A DNA stretch of 54,548 bases, counting the filler, from Catajapyx aquilonaris (Eukaryota), in assembly GCA_000934665.2 (NCBI GenBank). It is 2 parts of 2 records of this genome, joined end to end, with 100 filler letters (N's around TTAATTAATTAA, not from the genome) between each part and the next. Parts side by side here need not be neighbours in the genome. Positions count along the whole stretch, not along the records: positions 1 to 27,182 come from KZ539285.1; 1 more part is not named here. One strand, written 5' to 3'. The notes beneath the pieces were generated by a model. The model was given only the letters and a program-made list of their open reading frames with translations. It ran no database searches and was not told the DNA's origin. A program made the position numbers and the translations under genes. Position 1 is the stretch's first letter. The number at the start of each line of letters is the position of its first letter. Below, one piece after another: positions 10,581 to 24,400 of the stretch.

Positions 10581-13500
10581 CATCGTGTCCTGTAGTCGTT
10601 CCAAATCATCGCCCTTCTTGGCCTTGTCTACGACAGCTGAAATAGCCTTCTCTACTTCTGTTTTGGTCAGTCGGATTTCCACACACTTGTCGAACGCATT
10701 GTACAAGGCAGTCAGTGATTTGCAATTGTGGTTCATATTTTGGAGGCAATATGCGATCATGATCCAGGCTGTTTCGTTGCAGGACTTTTTCATTTCGAGA
10801 CAGAAATTCTTCACCAGGTGTCCCAAGTACTTGGACCCATTGATCACACCACAGATAATGCTGGAAGATGGATTGTGTGTGAAGCAGCCAAATGGTGATC
10901 GGGGGAAAACAAAGTGATAATATAAAAATAAGAAATATAATATTAATTATACTCACTCCATTATTGAATACAGTTGATGGTCGGAAAGTTCACGTTGGCA
11001 TAGGCCAGATATTGCGCCAGGAAGCATGCCAGTCATGGTTTTAATTCTCTCTCCGATTTTAACCAAAATCATCTGAGATGATTTGTCCAAATCGAGATCT
11101 TCATCAACCACGCACAGCAGGAGCTGTAACATCATACCCTGCTTTAGTTTAATGGCACGCTCCATAATGAGCTCACAAATGGTGCTGTAAACCTTCCTCC
11201 TCACACTGATTTGGTAAGATTTATTCTGCAAGCTGAAAGAATGCATTGATTATTACTGGTGCACACAAACATCCAATATGTAATGAAACCTACACATAGT
11301 ACAGTGGGTCCATATGCTGCTCCATGCAACCTAAGTGGGCGTGTCCCAGCTTCAGTAAGTGCTCCAGAATTGTGATTTGAATATTATGAAATGGACACAA
11401 TCGAAGCATTCTCAACATGATCTGAAGATGAATAAAATAATGTAATTAGCTTAGCGCCTTAAAAGTAATTTTAATAACCTTTAGGCATTAAATTCTTTTG
11501 AAGAATTTTCCCCGAAATATAACATAGTCACACAATGGCCAGCTCTTTACAAAAACACCATATCGATCGAATAATTTTCAAGCAGTGTTACCAAATTTTG
11601 TAAGCCAAAGTCGAGCACTGTCAAACTTATTTCTTCGTCTCTTGGTCATACCCTACGCTGGCATTACCTGAACAGTTCCCTATTGATCCATATTCCAGCA
11701 TCCTTCTTACAGTCCTGATGTAGCAGCATTAGTAGTGTTTCAAATTTTTTTTTCCGCTATCTCAGGAAACTTTTGGCAAGAAAAATCTGAATATTACGTT
11801 TGACGATGGCACGCAGAAAAACGCCATAAAAAATCAACAAGAATACCTAATAATCCATAAATAATATTATTGAGATCTCCAGTAGTATTCAAATACCTGG
11901 GCCATCAAGATTGTTTTTTTTTGTAACATTCTTTTTATATAAATGATATAGCTCAACTGGTCAACTGTACTGATTTTGAGGAGCAGTAAGATTACATTGC
12001 ATATATGCTAATTTTCAGAAGTTACTAAAGAACCCTTTCCATTTCAAACGGAAATGCTATCTTGATCTACAGCAGTTGAGCAATTCCTATTTTTATATTA
12101 ATTTTGAAAAGAATCACATGAGACTTAGACAAATTGAAGAATGCCAGAACAGTATTTCTACAGTCGTATATCTCTCAGCATATAATAGAGTGCATTCCCA
12201 CTGAGGTGTCCGTTTCATTTAATGATTTTTCGCATTAAGCTGCTCGGTACTAAATAGTTAGTTTAGGGGTAATCACAAAATAATATTAGCTGTTAATATT
12301 GGGTGGATCAGGCACATCTTTTCAAAGCACTGAGGGGGGTCTAACTCAAACCCGAAAAAAATCGCAAGTTTTTTTTTCAGAAGGAAATGTAGTCTTGCTA
12401 GTTACCTCTATGTTGTCTGTGTAAAACTCAAGGGAATGCACCATGTATCTTAGGTTCATTAGTGATGCAGCTTCCCAGACGACTACGTTCTGGTACATTT
12501 GAGGATTGTTCACTAAATCCCAGGTGATCTTCCTGAAACATTAAATAATAATGTGTACACTAACGATATGTTTCTAATCACAGGCAGCAACTGAAACAAA
12601 AAAATAGGCACGTACATTACGCCAGTTCGGACAAGGCGGGATAGTATCATCTCGGTAGGAAGCATCCAATTGATGATGTCAGTCGTTTGTACATCACAGT
12701 CGGATTTGTTTGCCACTTTGCAATGGGATTTACCCTGACGTGGTTTGGATACTTTCTTCCTCATTTTATCCCACAGTTGCCTGATGAGAGGTCTACGAGT
12801 ACGACAACGCTTCGATCTCGGCTCTGGCGGACATGTGTCGGTGCGTGCAGCCATTTCCCCGGTCAAAATCTCCATCTGATCAAGATGAAGCATGGCAATG
12901 TGGGACACCAATAAGACGAGTTGCTCCTTATGGGTTATTGTCAACTCTTTAAATGATTTGGCTTTCGTCATCACGCTTGTTAATAAGTTCTCGCATACCA
13001 ATGGGGGATCCTCGGCCACCTGAAATGTATATGGAATCCGTTATTACCCAAGTAGGGTAAAACCTATGGTTTGTAGTGAACCAAGAGATATTCCCATACA
13101 TTGTATATACTTCAGTTGAAGTGTCTGTAGTGGTTAGAATGGTTAGTAATTTTTTGCACTAAGCTTCCTCCTAAGGCAACTGAGACACCTGCCCCATTGA
13201 TAGATAAAACGTCTGGCACAAAATTGTCACTCGCTGTTGCCAACATAAGATTTCCATGACAGAGCTCTCAGAGGCATTCCCTCATTCCCTGTATCGGATG
13301 TTTTGTCCAACAGTGGGGAAAGTGTCTCACTGGAATGCCCACCAATGACTATACTGGAATGCATGATTTATTAAGTGTAATAATAATTATTACACTTAAT
13401 AAATCATGCATTCCAGTAGTCATTAGCGCATATTTTTCTTTTGCCTTCCCCTTCTCCGCCCCATTTGGCCATGTGAGCACAATGTGACTCATCAGCCTTA

Positions 13501-16500
13501 TAGCGCTGGCGCTGGTGGTTGGATCCGATAAGATCTTTGGCGGTGTCTGTGGGAATATCTACTAGCTGTCCTACCATTCTGGTATAGGAACCAAATTAAA
13601 CAAGTCGATGTGACATGTGACATGTCCGGATTTTACCATAACCTTTTCGTAACCATGCCTGTATCTGCGTACAATTGACTGGCTCTATATTATTTTCATC
13701 TGAATGGACCCTTCCGTACCTAAAAGCACCTTACTTCCAATAAATCGTTAACTACTACAGACACTTCATAATAAGTCTATTATTGAAGCACTCTGCATAC
13801 TGAACACTTGTTCACTATTTTAAAAATTCGCAGAACGGAATGACTAAAATAGACTGGTGTTATTGCGGCACAGTCTTGTGTGAAGTTCTTGTTCACATTC
13901 TCACCTTCCAGATTGTTTTGAGTATTGTCTCTGTCATGGTGTTAAAATCTTTAGCTCCATTAACATACATAATCTCCTGAAGTGCGTCGCATAGTTGGAG
14001 TATCATGTCATGCAGTGCGTGGAACTTGGTCTGGCCATCATCACCTTTGGGAAAGCTGTCGTAATGTTCATCTAGTAGGGTCATGTTCGACAAAATTTGA
14101 CACGTGCAATGCACGAGAAAGACATCCCTACTGTCACGCAGTCCAACGGACAAGATATCAGGAAGCTCATGGACTTCAAGGCGACCTTGAGGCCTGAAAA
14201 AATGTAAATAAGGTTTTAATCTGTCGGAAATTGCCACCCGAAATGAAGTCAGAGATGGCCCAACTCTGCACGGATAAAGGTGGGGACCCCGGATGGGGAT
14301 CGAACCCGGGACCTTAATATCCGTAGGCGCGAGCGTTACCGCTGCGCCACTTCACCTCCCCACCCTTGCCATAATTATATTCCATTGTTATATCGTTTCC
14401 TGGTATACCGTCATGATTTCAAATTACAGGCAATGAAGGAATGAAATAATATTTCACAAAGACCATCACAAGACATTTTAAAAAAATAAAACGTACAAAT
14501 ACAAAATACTCCACTATGGTCGTAAATTGGACTGTGAGGTCACCCAAATGGGACTAGACCCAGTACTGTACAGCTCCTCCGCCATGATTTCCTGCTTTGT
14601 GGAAATTGACGACTCTTCCTCCTTTAACCCCTGAAGAACCTTTTCCACTCCTCTTCCAAATGGACCGCCATCATAAATAGTGTAAGTCAGTTAAAGGATT
14701 TCCTTTCCACATGAGGCGGGATTAGGCCTATTAGCCTCCAACAGAGGTGCTGCCTCCCCCCCCTGATGCAGTGACTCGCACTTCCCTAGACTCTAGCACC
14801 TCTGTTGGAGGCTAATAATACCGCCTCATGTGGAAAGGAAATCCGCATCGTCAGCTACACTCGGAATCCAAAGCAAGTGTGGACATTGTAGCCTATACAG
14901 TTTGTCAGTAGCTGAGTTCATTTTAACTCCAGAAGTGTCAAACTCGGGATTTGGCATCATGACTTGTATGCCTGCACATGCCATCTTTATCAAAAATATT
15001 GAGATTGTTTAAGTACAACCATTTCCTCAGGTCAGATGGAATGATGAAGTTATGGCACAATGAGAAACAATGACTGTCAGCAATGAAGCATATTGCTCAT
15101 CTCCATTTCTAATATAATTTCATGAACATCAATTGGCAGGGAAAATGTATTAGACTACTTTTAGACTGAGACACGACCAATATGTGAATGCTTTTAGTCA
15201 CACACAATACTGCCAGTCCCTGCAGTCAGAAAATACCTAGCTTATGGTGGAGCCTCACAAATGTATGGCTGTGCCGTACAGCTTTGTGATTCAACAATAT
15301 TATAAAGTATTATGCACTTACCGAGCGAGAATTCCTAACACAGCAATTCCACGTCTGCTTTCCTTATAATCTCCATCACTGACCAAATACCACAGAAGCT
15401 ATTCCAAAGAGACACAGTTAGTATCGATCAAGTACGTTTAGTGTATTCGCATATCAGCAATGAGGCACCAAAAGCGAGCAAATTTTGTCTTTTGAATGAT
15501 CGGTTTCGATGTCACTTTTTTCTGTTGACACATTTGAACACTGCGATGTGCAAGACACAGTGTCTTGGATAAGTATGAATCTTTGACGTATAGAGCGATG
15601 AACAATCCCTCTTCTTGTCATCACTCGCTTCTCAAGTATTGCTCGCATTTGGAGGCAACCTCCAATATATTTGTGAATGCCCCTTTAGACCACGATGTAG
15701 TCATACAGTGTATTAAACTTGATGTGATACTAAGAACATTTCAGGCAGTGGTGACTTATGTGAATGAGATGACATTTACATTATTGCATCTGATGACTTG
15801 TTTCCCACCGTGGTGTACAGTCATATTTGGTTCCCACTTTTTATTTACCTTGATAAAATGACGGCAGATGTCACCTGAATCAACCAGTGCCGAGATTACA
15901 AGGTGCAGAGGTGCCCACATTGAGAGGTCACAGTCTTCAACGAGTTTGCCGAAAATATGGACAAAAGCACTAGCTTTTTCTCTGAAAAAAAAGAGGTTTT
16001 ATGATAAACGTATATACTGGCACTGACATGTCTGACACCAGTTACTGTATACATTACTGGGTAGGAAAAATAAAACTACCATTGTCAGGGACATGGTCAG
16101 CGGTCAGGGATGAAGAGGATGGGAGGGAGGAGGGGGAAGCTATATTGACAAAACATGTCCCCCTCACGCCCGCAACCCATAACATTTTCCCACCAATCTA
16201 TAATCAATAGTAATAACAATTTTAACAAAACTTTAATCATGACCATACCTGTGTATCAAGTTGTGTGTGTTGGCCAGCTCTAAGAAGGCATTTGGCAAAA
16301 CTGTACTGATGATGTGCTCCGATCCACGTGCAAGAATTCTTCGCATTCCGTGATAGGCTGAATTTATTCCCTGGTGTAGTGCAATCACTAGCAGGCTAAT
16401 GGCTTTCGGTGAATTGTCACTGTCTGACATCACAATGCTGGCTACCCTGAGCATTGCGTAAGAGACGGTTTGCCTAAGAGCCATCAAACTCTTTATGCAT

Positions 16501-17239
16501 TCCACTTTATAGCGCAGACTCTTGCAGAGACAGTTTACACCTAGATCTTCATGCTTTTCTTTCGAGTCACAATGGAAGAACATGTGGGTCATCAGATGAG
16601 CCAACATGTCGCATTCCAATTCCACCTGTTCGTGGGTCAGATCATTGCTCCCGTCATCGTCCTCATTGTTTGCGTTGTTCCTAAAGTCATCGGTGTTAGT
16701 GATATCACCTGCTGCCAATATTTTGGGGACTTCCCACATGTATAAGAATTTTAGGAATCTCAGAATCGTAGGTTTCGACTTTGTGAACGTGGCTTTCTCC
16801 GCTTCATTGTAGGCACTTCGGTCTTTCTCCCCAGAACCGGCAGAAATGAACATAACCTCCATCCAATCCCTGCTGGGAAGAATGAATTCACTGCCAAATC
16901 ACATTACAAATGACAAAATGACTATGTACATGCCTAATTTCCATGTTAGATGGGCAAGCTTCAGCAAGGCTTCTTCCAACGTCAACTGCATCTTGGAAAC
17001 GACCAGTTCTGAGCAGCTGAGTCGCAGTTATCAAGGCCATATCCAATTTGTGAGGATTTTGTAGGTGCGTCCACTCTTCACTGGTTGATCCTAATAATTA
17101 TAATACTTATTATTATTATAGTTATAATAATTATAATAATAATTATTATTGTTATTATTATTATAGTTATAATAATTATAATAATTATTATTGTTATTAT
17201 TGTTATTATAGTTATAATTAGTATAATATATAATATTAG

Positions 17240-17315
<76 letters not shown>

Positions 17316-20300
17316 TGTTATGCAATAATTAGTCGACCACTCAACCCACATGAGAACAGTTTTTAGAAAACGTGCTTTGAATGTCACCTGTGCAATTAAT
17401 TCAGTGTCCTTTTTGGTCATTTATGGCAGAAGTATGCGGATTTCGCCCGCTTGATTTTAACTGAAGGAAGTACGATCCTTTGGGTATATGTGACATTTTT
17501 ATGGGTTGACACATTATTCGTAGACTGTACAGTATCCCCCCCGTGAGGTCAGAAACTTGTTATGTGGCAACTGCGCATCTAAAAACCCAATTTAGGGTTC
17601 AAGTTTTGCTCGATGGTTACCAGCGGCTCAATAATTATTGAATAATAGCAAAGATGCGATTAAAAGGAGATCACGCTGTGACTCATCCGACTGTTTAAAC
17701 TTACTGCTCGAGACAAGGGGCATTAGCCTGTCCTTCCACCAACAAACTTGCAAGGCAATTGTTACAATCACGGTAAGATGAGTAATGTCTGGACACTCCC
17801 ACTGTTATCGCCTTAGGGGCCTGACGGGGTGTTTTGCGGCAGGTGGCCGCTTGATAGCGCTTTTCAGGGCGTCGCAGACATGTGGCGACCCTACCGGACG
17901 GCGCTGAACTTAGGTAGAAGAGAATTCTCTTCGTAAATTCGTGGTTATGAATGAAGAAAGTACGAGCCAAAACTGGCATTTTAACATCTTAATAATCGAG
18001 CTAATGTTGATATCATGTGGGGCCTCTCATGCTATAGGAGCGTATAGGAGTACAGTATGTTCTTCTGATTATTTTGTTAGGATGACTTCTACATTATTCG
18101 ATCTCATGCGACTGCCTTGAATGGCACCCTGAATATATTTGGTAGTGTCTATTTCACAACCAACAGGTACTGTACAGGGTCCTCCGGTAAAAATTGCCCT
18201 GCATCACATTACACCGTCTCCATTTCTGCAATGACAGGATATAATTAAGTCGCGTTTCAAATCAGGCTTGGTGGAGGAAGCCAGTGGGTGATGATAATAA
18301 TATTGCTTGCCTTCATGTGCTCACCTCCTTTCCAGGCCGAAATTAGCAAGCACAATGTGATGCAGCATAATTTTACCCGAGCTCCCTATGTGTTGGTCAA
18401 ACAGTAGGTCTACTGTACCTGACTGTAGGCTACCTACCTTCTATTTCGTCATTAATGTAGGGAAGGACCTTCTTCTCTATTTCTGGCCACGTTTTTATCT
18501 TCGGAATGATATTTGGCCAGAGGGGGCATATTTCCCACTGATGCTTGCAAATGGTTAGCTTGCATTGAGCAAGGGATGGAACAGCCTAGCAGGTACAGTA
18601 CAAAAGACAGATTCTGTTATTGGCATATTCTTTAGACCAAAATTATTTGCAAGTCCCGGAAGGGTCTCAACTCACATCTGGAGTCACACACTATTTTCCT
18701 TTGTCAACCCCCTCTCCCTGCCCCGCCCGGGGATCGGAATCACATTCTCAAAAATGTGACTCCCTTGCAAAAGTCTGAGCCATAGGCAAATATGAATTTA
18801 GACTTAAAGGATGCGTGTTTACCTCTTCGATAGCAGGATAGATGGTGAAGAAGCGCAAAAACACATTTAATGCTTTTTCTCGAACTATGGAAGACTCGTC
18901 AACCAATGCTTTTGTACTCATCCGTAGGACGGATGCAAGGGAGGCCATAGGAATTTTCTCATCGTTTAGCAGGGAGAATATGTAATGTACAACCTGCAAC
19001 GTACAAGGTAAAAGTAAACTTAATGAACCTGTTGCATTATGGTAACATGAATTATTGGCGTACCCAAAAGCGAATGATAAAAACTTGATCATTGAAGGAG
19101 GCCAACATTAATCGAAGGTAGTCAGCCCATCGTGTTTGGTCAGGGTGGCGGACATCTTCGGGACCTGGCTTCTGCGCGATCAGGTTGTAGAGACGTTCAA
19201 TCATGCGTCTCCGAATTATGTGGGACTAGAAAGAAATGTCACCAGTGAAACAGTTACACGGCTGCTCAGGGACAATACCCAGTTGTGCCCCAAACAGGCC
19301 ACGGACACTACCCCTACAGTCTTATCTTATCGCCTGCCGGGGCGTTTTGCATGGGGTTCTCACCTGAGAGCGCCATGAGACCTTTCACTGCTGGATTATG
19401 TGGCGACCCTACCGGACTACGCTGAACTTTATAGGTACAAAAGGGAGCGCTACATTGGGGGACCCAATATGGTCGCCGGCGGCCATGTTGGGCCCGCATG
19501 TAGCGGCTTCTCTTCTACCTAAGTTCAGCGTAGTCCGGTAGGGTTGCTACACAATCCAAAGCTGTCTCATGGCGCTCTCAAGTGAGCACCTCATGCACTC
19601 CCACTTATCACCTGCCGGGGCGGCAGGTGATAAGTGGGAGTGACCAGACCTGAGTATTCTAAGATCGTGGACCCTAACCTACCTCTTGGTTCACTTCGTA
19701 CAGGAAGGAGCTCAAGTTTCCCATAACAGCTTCTGGATGAAGTTTGGAAAGACATGCCAAGAACTTGTTCAGCCTTTTATTTATGTCATCCTGGTCTTCG
19801 TCTGATATAGAGATGTTTTCAGACACTAGAATCATCAACTTCATTAGCATCATATTGGATTTGCACAGTTTGATGATTTCGTCGGTAAGGTTTACGAGAA
19901 ACTTAGTCGAACGATGCGATTCCACAATTGCGACTATTCGTTTCAAGAAGGAACTTTCATGTCCGTATTTCTGTATAAGAATAGCAATAGTTTTAGCAAG
20001 GTATGGATGGACTTCTGTATCCAGGTGAATAACACAGGTCTCCGAGATTTGGTACACAGCGTCCCCAATGTGCCTGAAACGATTCAAGTCAGTTATTCAT
20101 CACTGAAACCTTTCAAATCGGATAATTTTTGACCAAACATGCACTCACTCTTGAATGGCTGGTTCAACGAGATATTCGGGCCACATCTTATCGAGAGGGA
20201 GCTCCAACAATTGAACCAATTGCTTCATAAGTATCAATCGTTTGGCGGACCATCGAGTAGTAATCTTCTCTTTCCCCTGTAACAATATCTACTGCCAACA

Positions 20301-21426
20301 TATGCACACTACAACATTGTACATGCTGAAAATCCTTTATCCTAAATGCTTGGGATCGGAAATGTTTCGGATTTTGGAATATTAATGCGGTAGGTTATCT
20401 TTACACATTAAAATTGGACTGCCTTGGGATGGGACCTAAGCCTAACACGATATCCATCGTAAATAATATATTTCATGATAGAGGTTATACATAAACCCTG
20501 AAGGTACCGTCTCCTGAACTTTTTTCCTTACCTAACGTAACCAAAGAGACGGAAAGAACTCATCTTAAATGCAGTGTATTGGGAGTTTAGGACACATAAA
20601 CTACAGGTAATGAAGCTAGTCATGATTCACTCACATGAAATTATCAATATTAGTGGCGCGTCATGTCAGCACCCAAAACTTACGAGTTTTGGAATTTAGA
20701 ATCAAGACGTATATCCTCAACCTATGTTGCCTATGGAATAGTGTACGAGTAAGTTAACAGTATTTAACATTACTTCAGCATTTTGCATGACATACTCAGT
20801 TTGAATTATTCTTGAGTGGATTCTTCTGTTTAACACTAAGCAGGTGTTGTATGGTCACTTTATATTTGATTTCATTTCATTTATACAATCGCATTTGATT
20901 TCATTTGGTGCACAATATTATTATGCATATTCCATGCCAAGTACTGTCTTGTCCTATTCAGGGTTATCCAAAACACTTGCCTGACTAATATGGCTATTAG
21001 CAGGGACTAAGCTGCTTATTATTAAGCAGTTACTTTCGTATAGGGTTACTTTCAATAGTTTTCACAAGTATTAGCTGCTAATATTATGTTAAGTGTACAT
21101 ATCCCTTTTAAATCTCACAAAAGGATCTGGCCATGCACAAATTCGACATGAGATGCCAATAATAAATAATTGTTCCAATGGGCCATTCATAATCGGAAAG
21201 ACTGCTGTTCAGAGCTTGAATTGATGATTCTGTTTAGCAGAGCTCTGATACTTTTGATAACCAATAAAAGTAATTATGGAAAAGTAACTGCTTAGTGCAG
21301 CTTAGTGCCAACAAATAGCCATATTAGTCGAACAAGTATTTTGGATCAATCTGTGTACAGTATATAGTATGTAATATTATACGTTATATTATAAGTTATA
21401 CACTATAACTACTTTTCGTATTTGAG

Positions 21427-21499
<73 letters not shown>

Positions 21500-24400
21500 T
21501 AGAGTTAGTTTCTAAATAACCCCATTAACGTTGTTGGTTAATATATTGTTGCAGACATTACACACGGATAAATCTTTGGCCGGATTATCTGTTACATGTA
21601 GGGCTGGTTGCACAATTGAAGCTTTTACGATCGAAGATTTATCATTGTTAGTCACTCTTGAGATCAATATATTCCATTGGCCAATTCAATTCATTTCTGT
21701 ATTGCAATCAATTTATGCCTCAATTCAGGTCAATTCTCATGGTCAAGGAAATTGAATGGAAGCAATAATTCAATTCCATTTAAATATGAATGCTATCAAT
21801 CACAGATCAACCAAATTCCATTTAAGTAAGAATGTTTTCAACAACATTAATATTTCATTCCAATCATCAGTTTGGAAGTAATTCCGAATTAATTCGAGTC
21901 CAAATTTAATTGTGCCAGTCCTTATATGCATGTGCATTAAAAAGAGGCTACTTACGGTTTTTGGAAGAAATGAGCTTCTTGCAAACCTATTTTCCATCAT
22001 TGGAGCCAGTTGCGAGATGATATAGATATTCATTTTAACCGAGTTAAAATAATTGTCGACTTCCTCGGGTATCCACGCTGCCTCTTTGTTCAAGTAATCT
22101 ATGTAGTCCGATATTAGCAGGTCCAGAACTACAACATGAAATGACCAAGATGTTAATTTTTCTACTACTGTACATTCTCGAGAAAAGGTAAGGGCACTCT
22201 ACCACAGGTTCTTTTCAAGGCTTGCAATGCTGTGACAGCAGGTCAAGTCAATGATGCCAGAGTAAAGGGGATCTGCGGAGACCTGTGTAGTTGTTTTTTT
22301 TTTCTAGTGCCACGCAAAAGAACCGGTGATATGGTCGGTCCTTCCTCTTCTCAGCCAAGAGAACATGTTTAAATAGGATGTATTTTTCTGGATATTTGAC
22401 ATCTCTTCTGATGACAAATCTCCAAAACTGTCTACACATACCTGCCCTTTCCACATTCCAATAGCGGAGAACTAACTCGCTCGACAGATGGTGAAACCGT
22501 CGTATGACACTGTAGAAAACGTCGAATCCATACAGAATGAAGTGTTTATAATCTGGCCAACTTTCGCATCCTAATAATGAAATTTAAAGCATATAATAAT
22601 GAAACTTTCAAACGACCAAATTCATCGAAGGAAGTCAACAAAGTGAAGAGTGGTCATACAAAGCAGTTCACATCTATGAATTTAGTGAATATTATTAGTA
22701 TCGATTGAAACGTGGCGGAAGCGTCTTTGTCAGGTTGGTGCTCTGTGTGGCTCGTGTTTGATAATTCTGCATGAAATTTAATTATAACTATATTTTTTTG
22801 TATTGATTTAAAGTTTTCCCATGCATGTAACAGCCTGTGAAAAGAACCGAATAAGGCACATTCCCCACGAGCAACTGCTCACTGTGGATAATATACAGCA
22901 GAATATCATAACTCTTTATAAATCCTCTCACACACAATAATATTATTCCATCTTTGTCAAAATACTGTTTATGTGGATATCATGTGATATGAAGGTCACT
23001 ACGCCGAAACATTATGGCCACCAACTTAATATGATGCTGATGCTCCTCTCGCTGTATAAGCCCATATTCAGGAGTGTTCGATGAACAGTGTGTTTCAACA
23101 CACTAATACCATCCCCACTATTGAAACTGTCAGAGAGATGATATTACGATGAAGACGTCTGACCATCACAATTTTGATCTTGGTGGAAGTCGGATAAATC
23201 CGCCTTGACCATAGCATACCCCAAACAATGTCCCCCCAAGTGGGCCTCTGGCCCAGATACGTGGTAGTTAAAAATAAATAAATAAATAAATATCCCAAAC
23301 AATGAGGCTGGTGGGCTGTTCGCGGTCCAAACATGGCGAAACAACGAACCATCTGCAAGGCGTGGGCCCAGCGTGGGCCAGTCACGACTCACTAATGCAA
23401 GAGGTCAGCATACCAGTTATTACATATACAGTTCACATCTTGACCAACTGGGGGGCGCCCCGTCCCCCACTCATTGGATTGACAAATTGAAAAAATTAAT
23501 TATAGTGATAAAGTTTGAGGCAAAAATTAAGTAAAACGTAAGCAAAAATGAGAAAATATACAACAGTAGGGCTTACTGTAAACTATGGAGTCAGAGGACA
23601 AAGAGTGATGCATTCTTGTGTGATTTTCCATGAGAGTGTGCGTGTATAGACGTGATTTAGCAGTGATAATATTAATCATAAAGCAAAATTATTGGTCCTC
23701 TTGGTTTTGAGTCAAGGAAAGAGGCGCCCCACAGTGCTAGATTTATACAATGGACCATGGTGCAAATGTTGTAGATGAAACAGGGGCGGTTAGCCTTCCT
23801 CTGGGTTTCATGAGTGACAGGTTGTAAAACAGGAGAGGTTCTCTTATTGGAAGCTGGGACAATAATTATTCTTGGGGATCTCGTCCATGCACCAATTTGA
23901 TTTTGAGGAAGTGTTCCTTCTTCTTTGTACAATACTCGAATTGTTTATTTTTAAGGAAAAGCAAGTCTTTATTTAGGGTGACCCATTCCTACTGTACCTT
24001 TTTAGGTGAAACCGGACATGAGGAAATGGGGAAAGAAGTTGCTGGAATAAATCTGGCAACAGGGCAGATTATTTTTTTTTAATTATTTCTTGAATGACAC
24101 TTTAGCCCGGAGATGTCAAGATTTTACGCTTCTGTTATTGCGCACTTTGATGAAAGTGTAAAGTAATTGCGTACATAGAAATATGAGATCGGGATAACCA
24201 CACAAAAATACATTCTTTCTAGCCTAAATTTTCTTCAAAACTTTTATTGCTTTCGTTAATCGATCGAAACCGGCTCCAAATTTCATTGCTTTGCGTTTTG
24301 CAGTCTGTCCGAAGTTTACGAGCACAAGTGAATATGGGGTGGTGTCCCAGATATTCCGCTTCTAACTTCGCCATTGGAGTATTTAGAAAAAGATGGAGGA

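Noticed and set aside
5858..10581. In-frame Cap-D2/RBBP6 read-through fusion
   Set aside because: The phase-0 donor at 10580 spliced to the acceptors at 5861 or 5858 is out of frame with the DWNN ATG (20 or 17 nt upstream).
17085..17420. Poly-Ile and poly-Tyr/Asn ORFs (also 53785-54070)
   Set aside because: Translations of trinucleotide microsatellites.
17350..18390. Extra Cap-D2-like exons near 18385-18325, 18128 and 17460-17350
   Set aside because: Splice-like signals exist, but the combinations I tried hit stops or break phase, and the model is already consistent without them.
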